Program-made: the position numbers and the translations under genes
Notes under the pieces: generated by a model
What the model saw: only the letters and a program-made list of their open reading frames with translations
What the model was told of the DNA's origin: nothing
Databases searched by the model: none
NCBI GenBank assembly: GCA_947591575.1
Contig: CANQDI010000003.1
Span: forward strand, 1-36,156
Reading direction: 5' to 3'
From: an uncultured Bacilli bacterium
GTDB lineage: Bacteria; Bacillota_I; Bacilli_A; RF39; UBA660
Length of the DNA stretch: 36,156 nt
Part shown: positions 1 through 8,872 of the stretch, piece after piece
How positions within the stretch are numbered: position 1 is the stretch's first letter
Layout of the letters: each line of letters begins with the position of its first letter

Positions 1-83
1 CAAGCAGCATGCACATCTATTAGTTGAAAAGTCCATAGAAAAGCAATGAAAAAGAATAAATTCAAAAGCAAACGTTTTTTCAC
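1..83 (-). CDS. N-terminus of a secreted protein (Sec signal peptide), truncated by the window edge
   Basis: GTG start with GAGGTG RBS; reads MKKRLLLNLFFFIAFLWTFQLIDVHAA (basic n-region, hydrophobic core, VHA-A cleavage); extended -10 TGATATACT upstream; not in the ORF track. Confidence 0.65.
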   Translation of the reverse strand, partial: MKKRLLLNLFFFIAFLWTFQLIDVHAA

Positions 84-247
84 GATAACACCTCTTAATA
101 TGAGTATATCATATACTATTTTCTCTTTAAAAATTTTACATTCATAATTTTTTTCTTGACACTTTTATTTGACACGTTTATGTAGTTTCATTCCAATGAT
201 ATCTAAAAGCTTCTTTCTATTTCCAACAACAAATAAAAAGTAGTACC

Positions 248-514
248 CTACTTCTTATTTGTTATTAATATTAACTCACTACCATTTCTAATATTTGTAT
301 TGATGATAATTTCATTATTATCATACACTTTACTGTCATCCTTGTTCATTAGAATATAATCTTCTTGAATATCTAATGCTACTCCTGTTAAATCAGAAAT
401 TGATTTAATGAGCATTTTTTTAATTTTCCAAACAATCTCATTAACAGGAATAAAGATATCATAAGTTTGCCCAAGCTCTGGTAGGATTAATTTTATAATG
501 ACCTTATTTTTCAT
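248..514 (-). CDS. esaB: YukD/EsaB-like ubiquitin-fold T7SSb accessory protein
   Basis: 88 aa; pattern 'TYDIFIP...IRNGSELILI' resembles YukD/EsaB; overlaps the essC stop by 11 nt. Confidence 0.7.
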   Translation of the reverse strand: MKNKVIIKLILPELGQTYDIFIPVNEIVWKIKKMLIKSISDLTGVALDIQEDYILMNKDDSKVYDNNEIIINTNIRNGSELILITNKK

Positions 515-3500
515 CTAAATCATCCTCCTGAGTCACAAAATCAATGAGTCTACATAAGGTGCCTACACTTTCATTGATGACATATCCCATATCATTTTTA
601 TATTCTTTTTGCATGTCTCTATTAATTGTTGTTAAATGGAATAAACTTTGATCAGATAATCCTTTTCCTATCCATAGACCATCATTCAGACTAAAGTCAT
701 TTGTAAACCATTCCTCAAAGCTAAATGATTTAATCTTAGAAGGTTCATCCATCAAAACAATACTTGCTTTTTCATATTCTTTTAATTTACTGATTAATTC
801 AGATATTTTAGTGGAATCAATTAATTTATTGATTAATTTATTTAATCCATAAACAAATATAACTCCTCTCATATCACTATTACTTTCTTTTAATTGGTCA
901 ATATAATGAATGATGGCATCTATTTTTTCATCGAATTGATCTATATAGTAGTTTGGCATTTTTTGTTGATCAATCGACAATTGTTTTAATGGATCCAGTA
1001 CGACTATAAATAGATTTTTCATATGTAGCAAAACTGTCAGCAAACTCATAAAGAACTTATTCATATTATTAAGTTTATTCGATGAAATAAGATAGCCACA
1101 ATTTGATAACAAATCTATTTTCATCACTTCTAAGTCTTTTTTACTAATTCCAATAGGTATATCATTTAAATCTGTAATTTCTTTTTGAATATGTTCCATT
1201 CTAACAATACTTGGTAATGTTTGAATTTGTTCTGCACTGATTGGATTAATTGTTTTTTGTTGATCAATGAAAATAAGTATTTTTTCATTCAATTCTTCTT
1301 CATTGGACGTAATTTTAGCTGTTTGAAATTCATGAATATCATCAATAAAACAAAGTCCTCTACCAAAGATATCCCTAGGAACTAATATTTTTTTACTATT
1401 GAATACAGTTTGATAATCGCTGCTATCTTTTAATTTGAATGCATAACTAGTTTGACAATCTTGAGAAATTTTACTATGAACAGAATTAATTGCATTAGCA
1501 GTAATTAAAAAGATAACTCCATATCTTTCTGAATCTCTAATAAGATCAGAAATATCTTCTACAAAATCTGGATTAGCATCATAAATAGAATCATAATTAT
1601 TAAAGATAACCACTTTTAATGGAAGTTTTTGAGTACTATTATGAATATAGTTTATATATTCACCGCCATAATCAGCAAAGAGTCGTTTTCTCTGTTGTAG
1701 TTCTTCTCGAATGGTTTTTAATAAATTATGATATTTTTCGTCATCTGAAGCATATACAATACCTCCAATATGTGGTAATTTTTCAAATCTACGTAATGAT
1801 TCAGATCCGTAATCAACAATATAAAAATTCACTTCATTTACTCGATGATTTTTAGCTGCGGAATAAATGAGGGTACTAAGTAGATTTTCTTTTTCGCTAC
1901 CATCATTTCCATAAATTATTGTATTTCCATTTTCTAAATAGTTATAGATGACACATCCTTGCGTCTGTCTTTCTGGAGCATCATATTCTCCTACAATAGA
2001 TTGAACATGATACGGTTCTACTGGAATTCTATATTTTTGTTCTATCTGTTCTACTAAAATATTATCTTGAATGTTTTCTAACCATAACCGTTTAGCATAT
2101 TGACCTGTTTTTTTTGCAACATCAATAATTACTTTCATAATTGCTGAGATTTGTTCTCCTTCAGCTACTACTTTTCGATTGGTTCCTGCTTGAATGCTTT
2201 TTACCGGGATACCATTATCATCTATAAAATTAATACTTTTATCCACTTGCTTTTCAATTTTATCTGATGGATAATATTTGGCCCCACACCAACCAGATTG
2301 TCCTAATACAAAATATTCATCATATCCAACTTGTAAGAAAAATCTACCTGTTTGCTTTAATGATGCTGCATCCGGTTTTTTTAACATCTCTTTACTATCT
2401 GCCTCATCTTGTACTTTTAAACAAACATGAAATTTTGCATTAGACCAAATTTGGTCTGTAACAACACCACTTGGTTTCTGTGTTGCTAAGATTAAATGAA
2501 TACCTAAACTACGTCCAATACGGGCAATACTAATTAGATTATCCATAAAATCTGGTTGTTGACTTTTTAATTCAGCAAATTCATCACATACGATAAACAA
2601 GTGTGGGATAGCTTCTTCTAATTTTCCTTCTTTATAAAATTTTTGGTATTTATAAATATCGATTGTACTTTCTCCAAGTTTATCTCTTGCCTCGTTAAAC
2701 TTCATCTGTCTTCTTTTTACTTCACTATCAATACTTACAAGGGTTCTATCCATCTCTGCTTTATCTAAGTTTGTAATCGTTCCTGCAAGATGAGGAAGAA
2801 AAATGCCAGTCATTTTGTTTTCAAAGGCAAAAGCAAGTCCTCCTCCTTTATAATCAATAAGAATAAAAGAAACATCTTCTGGACTATAATTAATTGCCAT
2901 AGAAAGAATATACGTAATAATAAATTCCGATTTACCACTACCTGTCATACCTGCAATTAATCCATGAGGTCCATGTGCTTTTTCATGCAAATCCAAATAT
3001 AATAATTGTCCGTCTTCATCTATTCCTACTTCTGCTTTTAAACTGGTTGTTGCATCATTGGTTTTCCAACGATTCAAAATATTTAATTGTTCAACTCTAC
3101 CTACTTTTTCCATTTCCAAAAAATTAATAGACTCTGGTAGCATTTTTAATCCTTCTTCAAATTCAATAGGAATATTAGATAATATTTTGGTAATTTGCAT
3201 CATATCAATTTGTTGTTGTAGTTCATCTTTAAAAGAGATTTGTTCTTGTTTTTCAAATGAATTTTTGAGTACTCCAGAGACATTCGTTCCCAATGTAATG
3301 AAGTTATTACATTTACTAGGAAGTTTACTGATTCTTTCTTCTAATATGACCACACTAAATCCTAAATCTACATCTGTCTCTGTAATGGTTTTAATAAATT
3401 CAAACCGTTTTACTGCATCATAATTATCAATAATAATTAAAAAATGTGGTTTAAATGAAGATACTTTTTTTTCTTCATAGGAACTTAATCGACTATTGAC

Positions 3501-5063
3501 TTCGCCATTTAATACTTCTGCAAGTATCTTCGTACTTTCTTCATCAGATGCAAAAAAACGGAAGCTTTTATTGTTCGTAAATGTATGATTCAAATACTTC
3601 ATATATTCCCAATTATCTTTATTTTTATGATCTGTAAAAATAGCAAATTTTAAATCCTCATAACTATAGAAAGATAATAATTGAACAAGCATATTATTCA
3701 TGAAAGTAGTCTTTTGGTTTCCCATAATAGCAGTAATTCTATTTTCATAAAAAGAATATCCAATTGGAACATTTTCAATATATTTAAATTCTTGTACCAA
3801 TTGATCTGCATTCTTTCTTAAAACACTTTCTTCTACAGAAAAATCTTCTTCAGCATAAGATACTTTTACATTTAATAACTCATTACCAACACCAATTCTT
3901 ACAACTAAAAAATCACTTTGATCAATTCTTTTATCCCACAAACCAACTGATCTATTCATAATATTTTTTAAACATTCTTCTGTTGTCAACAAATTTTCAA
4001 CAAGAATTTCTTTTTGTAATCTAGCAATTTCTGTTAATTCTGTTCTCTTTTCATTTAAATAAATATTATATTTTTTAATCATATCTTTATTTTTTTTCTT
4101 TTTTAATCTCTTGTTATAAATTCTAGTTAGAAAAGGCCATAGTAACATAGACATTAGCATTGCACCACTTGTTACCAAAGAAGGCCAAGTATCTTCCATT
4201 GTATCTTTTCCATCAGAAATTCTCATAAGTATACTCAATAATGTCACTGCTGAAGTAATTCCCATTGTTAACATAGGACCTACTGTAAGAATGGCTGGTA
4301 ATTCATCATTTCCTTCTGGTTTTGGTGGAGAACTAATTTTGAGTTCTGCTTCTTTTACCATTCTTCTTAATCTAGGAGATTTTGAAAAATAATTATTTTT
4401 ATTATATAAATCTATATCTTTAATTTCAATTTCTTGTGGTTCACTATTTGTTAAAAATACTTTCTTATGTATTTTTGATTGTTCTTCGTTAAGAATTACT
4501 CTGTTTCCACATTTGTTGATGAGAAGAACGCCATTTAAGAAAATAATTTTTAGTCCATAAAGATTAATTTCATCACTATTTTGGATGACATAATTTTGTA
4601 GAAGTAAACGATTATTATTAATATATAAACAAGTTTCTTTACTAATCGTTAATAATAATTGTTGATTTTGATAATGAATCGTAATTACAAATCCATTTAG
4701 ATAAGGACAATTATAGATAATAGAATTTCCATTTGTATTGCCAATGGATAAATTGATCTTTTCATCATAGGAATAAATGCTAAAATCATTCTCATATAAA
4801 TCTGTTACGTATACTAAATAACTTTTATTATTTTTTTGGATGACATAAAATGCATTGTTTTTTAAAGCAATATCAGGAATAAAAGCGTTGGTTCCTACAA
4901 TTTTAGATGCTTCCGTAGAATACATGAACCATTCATTATCCTTTGCTACTACATTAATTAATTTACTTTCATCATCTTCAAAATCAAAACCAAAATTACC
5001 AGACACTTCTTTTGGCAATGTATAAGTTAAAAGTTTATCAGGCAAAAATAAATAAATCTTCAT
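504..5063 (-). CDS. essC: Type VII secretion FtsK/SpoIIIE ATPase EssC/YukB
   Basis: N-terminal FHA-like region, FSKSPR motif, two TM helices, GPHGLIAGMTGSGKSE Walker A, IVCDEFAEL Walker B, RIGRSLGIHLILATQKPSG, then degenerate ATPase domains 2 and 3. Start placed at ATG 5063 (GGAGG RBS) instead of 5075. Confidence 0.92.
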   Translation of the reverse strand: MKIYLFLPDKLLTYTLPKEVSGNFGFDFEDDESKLINVVAKDNEWFMYSTEASKIVGTNAFIPDIALKNNAFYVIQKNNKSYLVYVTDLYENDFSIYSYDEKINLSIGNTNGNSIIYNCPYLNGFVITIHYQNQQLLLTISKETCLYINNNRLLLQNYVIQNSDEINLYGLKIIFLNGVLLINKCGNRVILNEEQSKIHKKVFLTNSEPQEIEIKDIDLYNKNNYFSKSPRLRRMVKEAELKISSPPKPEGNDELPAILTVGPMLTMGITSAVTLLSILMRISDGKDTMEDTWPSLVTSGAMLMSMLLWPFLTRIYNKRLKKKKNKDMIKKYNIYLNEKRTELTEIARLQKEILVENLLTTEECLKNIMNRSVGLWDKRIDQSDFLVVRIGVGNELLNVKVSYAEEDFSVEESVLRKNADQLVQEFKYIENVPIGYSFYENRITAIMGNQKTTFMNNMLVQLLSFYSYEDLKFAIFTDHKNKDNWEYMKYLNHTFTNNKSFRFFASDEESTKILAEVLNGEVNSRLSSYEEKKVSSFKPHFLIIIDNYDAVKRFEFIKTITETDVDLGFSVVILEERISKLPSKCNNFITLGTNVSGVLKNSFEKQEQISFKDELQQQIDMMQITKILSNIPIEFEEGLKMLPESINFLEMEKVGRVEQLNILNRWKTNDATTSLKAEVGIDEDGQLLYLDLHEKAHGPHGLIAGMTGSGKSEFIITYILSMAINYSPEDVSFILIDYKGGGLAFAFENKMTGIFLPHLAGTITNLDKAEMDRTLVSIDSEVKRRQMKFNEARDKLGESTIDIYKYQKFYKEGKLEEAIPHLFIVCDEFAELKSQQPDFMDNLISIARIGRSLGIHLILATQKPSGVVTDQIWSNAKFHVCLKVQDEADSKEMLKKPDAASLKQTGRFFLQVGYDEYFVLGQSGWCGAKYYPSDKIEKQVDKSINFIDDNGIPVKSIQAGTNRKVVAEGEQISAIMKVIIDVAKKTGQYAKRLWLENIQDNILVEQIEQKYRIPVEPYHVQSIVGEYDAPERQTQGCVIYNYLENGNTIIYGNDGSEKENLLSTLIYSAAKNHRVNEVNFYIVDYGSESLRRFEKLPHIGGIVYASDDEKYHNLLKTIREELQQRKRLFADYGGEYINYIHNSTQKLPLKVVIFNNYDSIYDANPDFVEDISDLIRDSERYGVIFLITANAINSVHSKISQDCQTSYAFKLKDSSDYQTVFNSKKILVPRDIFGRGLCFIDDIHEFQTAKITSNEEELNEKILIFIDQQKTINPISAEQIQTLPSIVRMEHIQKEITDLNDIPIGISKKDLEVMKIDLLSNCGYLISSNKLNNMNKFFMSLLTVLLHMKNLFIVVLDPLKQLSIDQQKMPNYYIDQFDEKIDAIIHYIDQLKESNSDMRGVIFVYGLNKLINKLIDSTKISELISKLKEYEKASIVLMDEPSKIKSFSFEEWFTNDFSLNDGLWIGKGLSDQSLFHLTTINRDMQKEYKNDMGYVINESVGTLCRLIDFVTQEDDLDEK

Positions 5064-5129
5064 GGGCCCCTCCATATTCTACTTATTTAGTATATCATAA
5101 AATGAGAAAAGAGATAGGTCATAAGAAGA

Positions 5130-5158
5130 AAAAAATGTAATTTTTTGTTACATTTTTT
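5130..5158 (-). terminator. AT-rich hairpin (probable terminator) between the small helical genes and essC
   Basis: AAAAAATGTAA-7nt-TTACATTTTTT; essC has its own extended -10 (TGATATACT, ~5090-5098). Confidence 0.45.
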
Positions 5159-5164
5159 CATATT

Positions 5165-5407
5165 TCATAATTTACTATTGATTCTTGGGATAATAGTATT
5201 ATCAATTTCTTTGGAAATACTTACAATATCATTTTGCATTTTATTCATTCTTTCAAGCTCTGGAATTTCATGATCTAAAAGGATAGAATTTTTTAATTGG
5301 ACTTTTAAATCATTATAGAGCGTATTTAATTGATATAATTGATTTTTAATATTGTACATATTCCGATATAAATTTCGATATTTATTTTTTATATATTCAT
5401 CATTCAT
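5165..5407 (-). CDS. Small helical protein, putative T7SS substrate or partner
   Basis: 80 aa amphipathic helix-turn-helix pattern; coupled to the upstream gene; adjacent to essC. Confidence 0.55.
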   Translation of the reverse strand: MNDEYIKNKYRNLYRNMYNIKNQLYQLNTLYNDLKVQLKNSILLDHEIPELERMNKMQNDIVSISKEIDNTIIPRINSKL

Positions 5408-5408
5408 A

Positions 5409-5708
5409 TTATAAATCCCTTTTTATTCTAGAAAATTTTTGTTCTGTTTGTTTTCTTACTGTTTTATATTTTAACACAGTCTTTTTAAATATTGTAATAT
5501 AGTCATTGTGAATGCGATGGATTGTATTAAATTTGCGATTAAAATTGCATTGCGTTTCATATAAAAGAGTACTATTTTTACTTGTATAATCATACTGCAT
5601 ATCTCTCATCAATCTTTTTAAAGTTTCAAAATTGATCGATTCATCTCTTATATACATTTCTAATTTTTCAATAGTCTTTAATAATTTTTCTTCATCAATA
5701 TAGTTCAT
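5409..5708 (-). CDS. Divergent WXG100-like protein
   Basis: 99 aa with two long helices; starts 'YIDEEKL'; central YTS where WxG normally lies; T7SS context. Confidence 0.55.
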   Translation of the reverse strand: MNYIDEEKLLKTIEKLEMYIRDESINFETLKRLMRDMQYDYTSKNSTLLYETQCNFNRKFNTIHRIHNDYITIFKKTVLKYKTVRKQTEQKFSRIKRDL

Positions 5709-5716
5709 AAATCACC

Positions 5717-6277
5717 TTATATATATTCACCAATATTGATATCTTTTAAAATTTCAATATGGATTTTATTATTTTTTGATTTGACTGTTCGTTCAGTTTC
5801 TTCTACTAAATTAAAAATATTTTTTATATTTTGCTTCATATTAATGCTACTATCTCTCATTTTTATTAATTTTTGTTTTTCTTGATTTAAAAAATAAGCT
5901 TCATTCGGACAAAAGCTTACATCTAATCCTTGGTAATAGGAAATAATATTATTTAGTTGTTGAATATAGTGATCAATTGCGCTAATAACATCATTCCTAT
6001 TTTCTACTTTTATTTTCACTTTTGATCCTAAAGATTGATATTGATCGATGATATACTGATATACATTGATCATCTTATTTAATTCCTGTATATTTTTATC
6101 AATTTTATGTCGTTTTTCTTCTACACAGCTAAAAAACCTATTAGAATATTTATCATTCCAATAAGAAGAGCTTTGTATTAGATGGTGATAGATATTGATA
6201 TAATTATCATCATATTGATTTACTTTCTTTCGTAACTCAGTTAAATTTATTTTTAAGTTAGAAATATTTATTTCCAT
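5717..6277 (-). CDS. WXG100/LXG-like helical protein, about two domains long
   Basis: 186 aa; 'SSYWNDKYSNRFF' at the WxG position (~residue 40); helical throughout; AAGGTG RBS. Confidence 0.55.
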   Translation of the reverse strand: MEINISNLKINLTELRKKVNQYDDNYINIYHHLIQSSSYWNDKYSNRFFSCVEEKRHKIDKNIQELNKMINVYQYIIDQYQSLGSKVKIKVENRNDVISAIDHYIQQLNNIISYYQGLDVSFCPNEAYFLNQEKQKLIKMRDSSINMKQNIKNIFNLVEETERTVKSKNNKIHIEILKDINIGEYI

Positions 6278-6294
6278 CGATAATCACCTTATCA

Positions 6295-6347
6295 TTTTCC
6301 AAATATACAACAATTAAAGTTACATTAATTGTCATATATTTGGAAAA
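6295..6347 (-). other. 23-bp RNA stem-loop inside the T7SS substrate operon
   Basis: Minus-strand arms TTTTCCAAATATATGACAATTAA / TTAATTGTTGTATATTTGGAAAA, fully paired with two G-U pairs, 7-nt loop. Confidence 0.7.
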
Positions 6348-6362
6348 AGATTTCCAAATTTC

Positions 6363-7007
6363 TTATTCATTTGCTGAAAAAGCTTGTGATACTTTTCCTT
6401 CAAGATCACCATAATTAGATACAGTATCTTTCAATGCTTGTTGCGTTGTATCAGTTAACTCCTTAGTAGCTTGTGAAACTTTGCTCTTAATTGTACTAAG
6501 TGAATTAATTAAGCTTTGTGCTTGATCACCACCGACAAAACCACAACTTTGTACAGCTCTTTGTGCTTGTGATAAAGCACTTGTAGCAGATGATTCAATC
6601 GTTTTTAATTTAGCAATAACTGTTCCAGCATTAGCATAATCAATACCTCTTACTCCACCAATATTTTCTTTAATACTACTCGTATTAATTCTCACATTTT
6701 TTGGTGAAAAAGATACACGACTATATGAAGTTCCTGTTCTTTCAGCCCAAGCTTGAGCAGCACTATTCATAGATGCTACTACAGAACTAAAAATATTATC
6801 TGATGATGTTAATAGTGAATCTACAGCTGGTTTAAATGAATTTCCAAAGAAAGTTTGTGCTTCTTTACATGCCCATTTATCAGCCATCCCTTTCACAAAT
6901 TGATTTTGCATATTTGTATATAATGCTGTCATTAAACTGTCATATGCTTTAATTACTGCATTAATGGATGTCCTTACTTGTGACGGATTAAAACCTGTTA
7001 ATGCCAT
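6363..7007 (-). CDS. Tandem WXG100-like protein, putative major T7SS substrate
   Basis: 214 aa, Ala/Ser-rich; two ~100-aa helical hairpins with turns KWACKEA and GFVGGDQ; C-terminal YGDLE matches YxxxD/E. Confidence 0.6.
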   Translation of the reverse strand: MALTGFNPSQVRTSINAVIKAYDSLMTALYTNMQNQFVKGMADKWACKEAQTFFGNSFKPAVDSLLTSSDNIFSSVVASMNSAAQAWAERTGTSYSRVSFSPKNVRINTSSIKENIGGVRGIDYANAGTVIAKLKTIESSATSALSQAQRAVQSCGFVGGDQAQSLINSLSTIKSKVSQATKELTDTTQQALKDTVSNYGDLEGKVSQAFSANE

Positions 7008-7152
7008 TTTTTATCTCCTACCTTTCCTAGTTTAGTAGATCTATTCTACTTAATTTGATTATAGATTAGATAAAGTGTAAAATTCAAGCAATGTAAGATC
7101 ATTTGACACTTTAGGACAGTTTTTCCTTTTGCAACGGTCTTTTTCTCTTCGC

Positions 7153-7181
7153 TTGTAGAATAATAAAATTTAGGCTATAAT
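7153..7181 (+). promoter_or_regulatory. Sigma-A-type promoter of the murJ-like gene
   Basis: TTGTAG-17nt-TATAAT. Confidence 0.55.
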
Positions 7182-7210
7182 AAAAATAGAATTTTAAAGT
7201 TGGTGATGTA

Positions 7211-8845
7211 ATGAAAAAAGATTCCTTTATTAAGGGAGCAATGATTTCGACGATTTGTATTGTATTAAGTAAAATCTTAGGAATTATCTATGTGATTCCT
7301 TTTCATTCGATTATAGGAACGAGTGGGAGAGCACTTTATGGTTATGCTTATAATGTATATATGCTTTTTCTACAATTTTCTACGGTAGGAATTCCACTTG
7401 CGATTAGTAAAATGATTAGTGAATATCATTCTTTAGGATACGAAGATGCAAAACGAAGAACATATCGTATTGCACTTCAAATTACTTTTATCATGGCTAT
7501 TTTATCAACAGTGATTCTCTTTATTAGCGCACCAATGATTGCAGAGGCGATTATTGGTGGTGTAAATGGTGGAAATACCAAAGAAGATATTACCTTCGTA
7601 TTGCGAGTTTCAACAACAGCAATTCTCATCTGTACTATGCTAAGTGGAATGAGAGGATACCTACAAGGTCATAAATATATTACCCCATCTTCTATTAGTC
7701 AGGTCATTGAACAATTGGTAAGAGTAATTATTATTATCTTTGGAAGTTATATCGCTATACAATTATGGGGAACAAAAGAAGCTGTTGGAATTGCAATCTT
7801 TGGTGCTACTGCCGGAGCGATTGTTGCTTTCTTCTATCTTGAGAAAAAAATGAAGGAAGAAAGAAAAAAAGAAAAAGAGAAGAAAATTCTAGAAGAAGAG
7901 AAAAAAATATCAAATCAATACCTTTTCAAACAGTTAATTCGTTATACAATACCATTTGTCATTGTTTCTATTGCAGTTCCACTTTATAATACAATTGATA
8001 TGTTTAGCATTGTAAAACCGCTCATAAAATACACATCACTCACTACTCAAGATGCTGAAACTGTCCTTGCAATTATTACAACTTGGGGAGCAAAATTAAA
8101 TGTCATTGTCACTGCGATTGCATCTGGTTTAGTCGTTTCTGTTTTACCTAATATTACCAGTGATTTTATAAAGAAGAAGGAAAAAGAAGTCAATCGTAAA
8201 ATCAACAAAACTTTACAAATTATTATCTACTTTGTACTGCCCATGGTCGTTGGTCTTTCCTTCTTAGCAGAACCTGTTTGGTGTGTTTTCTACGATCGAA
8301 GTCATTTAGGAGTTCTTGTTTTTGCTTATAGTATCATAACCGCTTTTTTTTATTCCCTGTTCTTAAATCTACATACTATTTTGCAAGCAATTGATCATCA
8401 TAAAGCTGCAAATAGAGCTATTTTACTAGGACTTCTTACCAAACTCATTTTAACAGTTCCATCCATTCCACTTTTCGCCAAAATAGGCATTCCTGCTTAT
8501 TATGGTCCTATCACTGTTACCATTATTGCTTATTTAATCCCAATGATTGTCAGTATCTATGACCTAAAGAAAAGCCTTCACACTTCTTTCCAGGATACGA
8601 TTAAAAAAGCAGGAATTAGTGCTTTGGCTTGTTTGATCATGTTAGTGGTACTTTCAAGTTTAAAACTTCTTATTCCTCTTTCTGGAAATCGTCTTTATTC
8701 TACATTCATCATTTGTATTTATGCAGGAATAGGAGCATTGATTTACTTTTTTATTACTATCAAAACAAACGTTTTTTCTTCCATTTTTGGATGTAATTTA
8801 CGAGATTTTATGAAGAAAAAATTACGTAAAGTAAAAAGGAATTGA
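7211..8845 (+). CDS. MOP-family flippase (YtgP/MurJ/SpoVB-like polysaccharide biosynthesis protein)
   Basis: About 14 TM segments; SKILGIIYVIPF, GIPLAISK, RGYLQG and SQVIEQ motifs. Confidence 0.85.
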   Translation: MKKDSFIKGAMISTICIVLSKILGIIYVIPFHSIIGTSGRALYGYAYNVYMLFLQFSTVGIPLAISKMISEYHSLGYEDAKRRTYRIALQITFIMAILSTVILFISAPMIAEAIIGGVNGGNTKEDITFVLRVSTTAILICTMLSGMRGYLQGHKYITPSSISQVIEQLVRVIIIIFGSYIAIQLWGTKEAVGIAIFGATAGAIVAFFYLEKKMKEERKKEKEKKILEEEKKISNQYLFKQLIRYTIPFVIVSIAVPLYNTIDMFSIVKPLIKYTSLTTQDAETVLAIITTWGAKLNVIVTAIASGLVVSVLPNITSDFIKKKEKEVNRKINKTLQIIIYFVLPMVVGLSFLAEPVWCVFYDRSHLGVLVFAYSIITAFFYSLFLNLHTILQAIDHHKAANRAILLGLLTKLILTVPSIPLFAKIGIPAYYGPITVTIIAYLIPMIVSIYDLKKSLHTSFQDTIKKAGISALACLIMLVVLSSLKLLIPLSGNRLYSTFIICIYAGIGALIYFFITIKTNVFSSIFGCNLRDFMKKKLRKVKRN

Positions 8846-8866
8846 CTTCAAGTTCAATTCCTTTTT
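8833..8866. terminator. Bidirectional terminator between convergent genes
   Basis: AAAAAGGAATTGA-8nt-TCAATTCCTTTTT. Confidence 0.75.
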
Positions 8867-8872
8867 TCATGC

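Noticed and set aside
504-5063. Conjugative coupling protein or FtsK DNA translocase of a mobile element
   Set aside because: FHA-TM-multi-ATPase architecture with YukD-like and WXG-like neighbours fits EssC; no relaxase or integrase is nearby.
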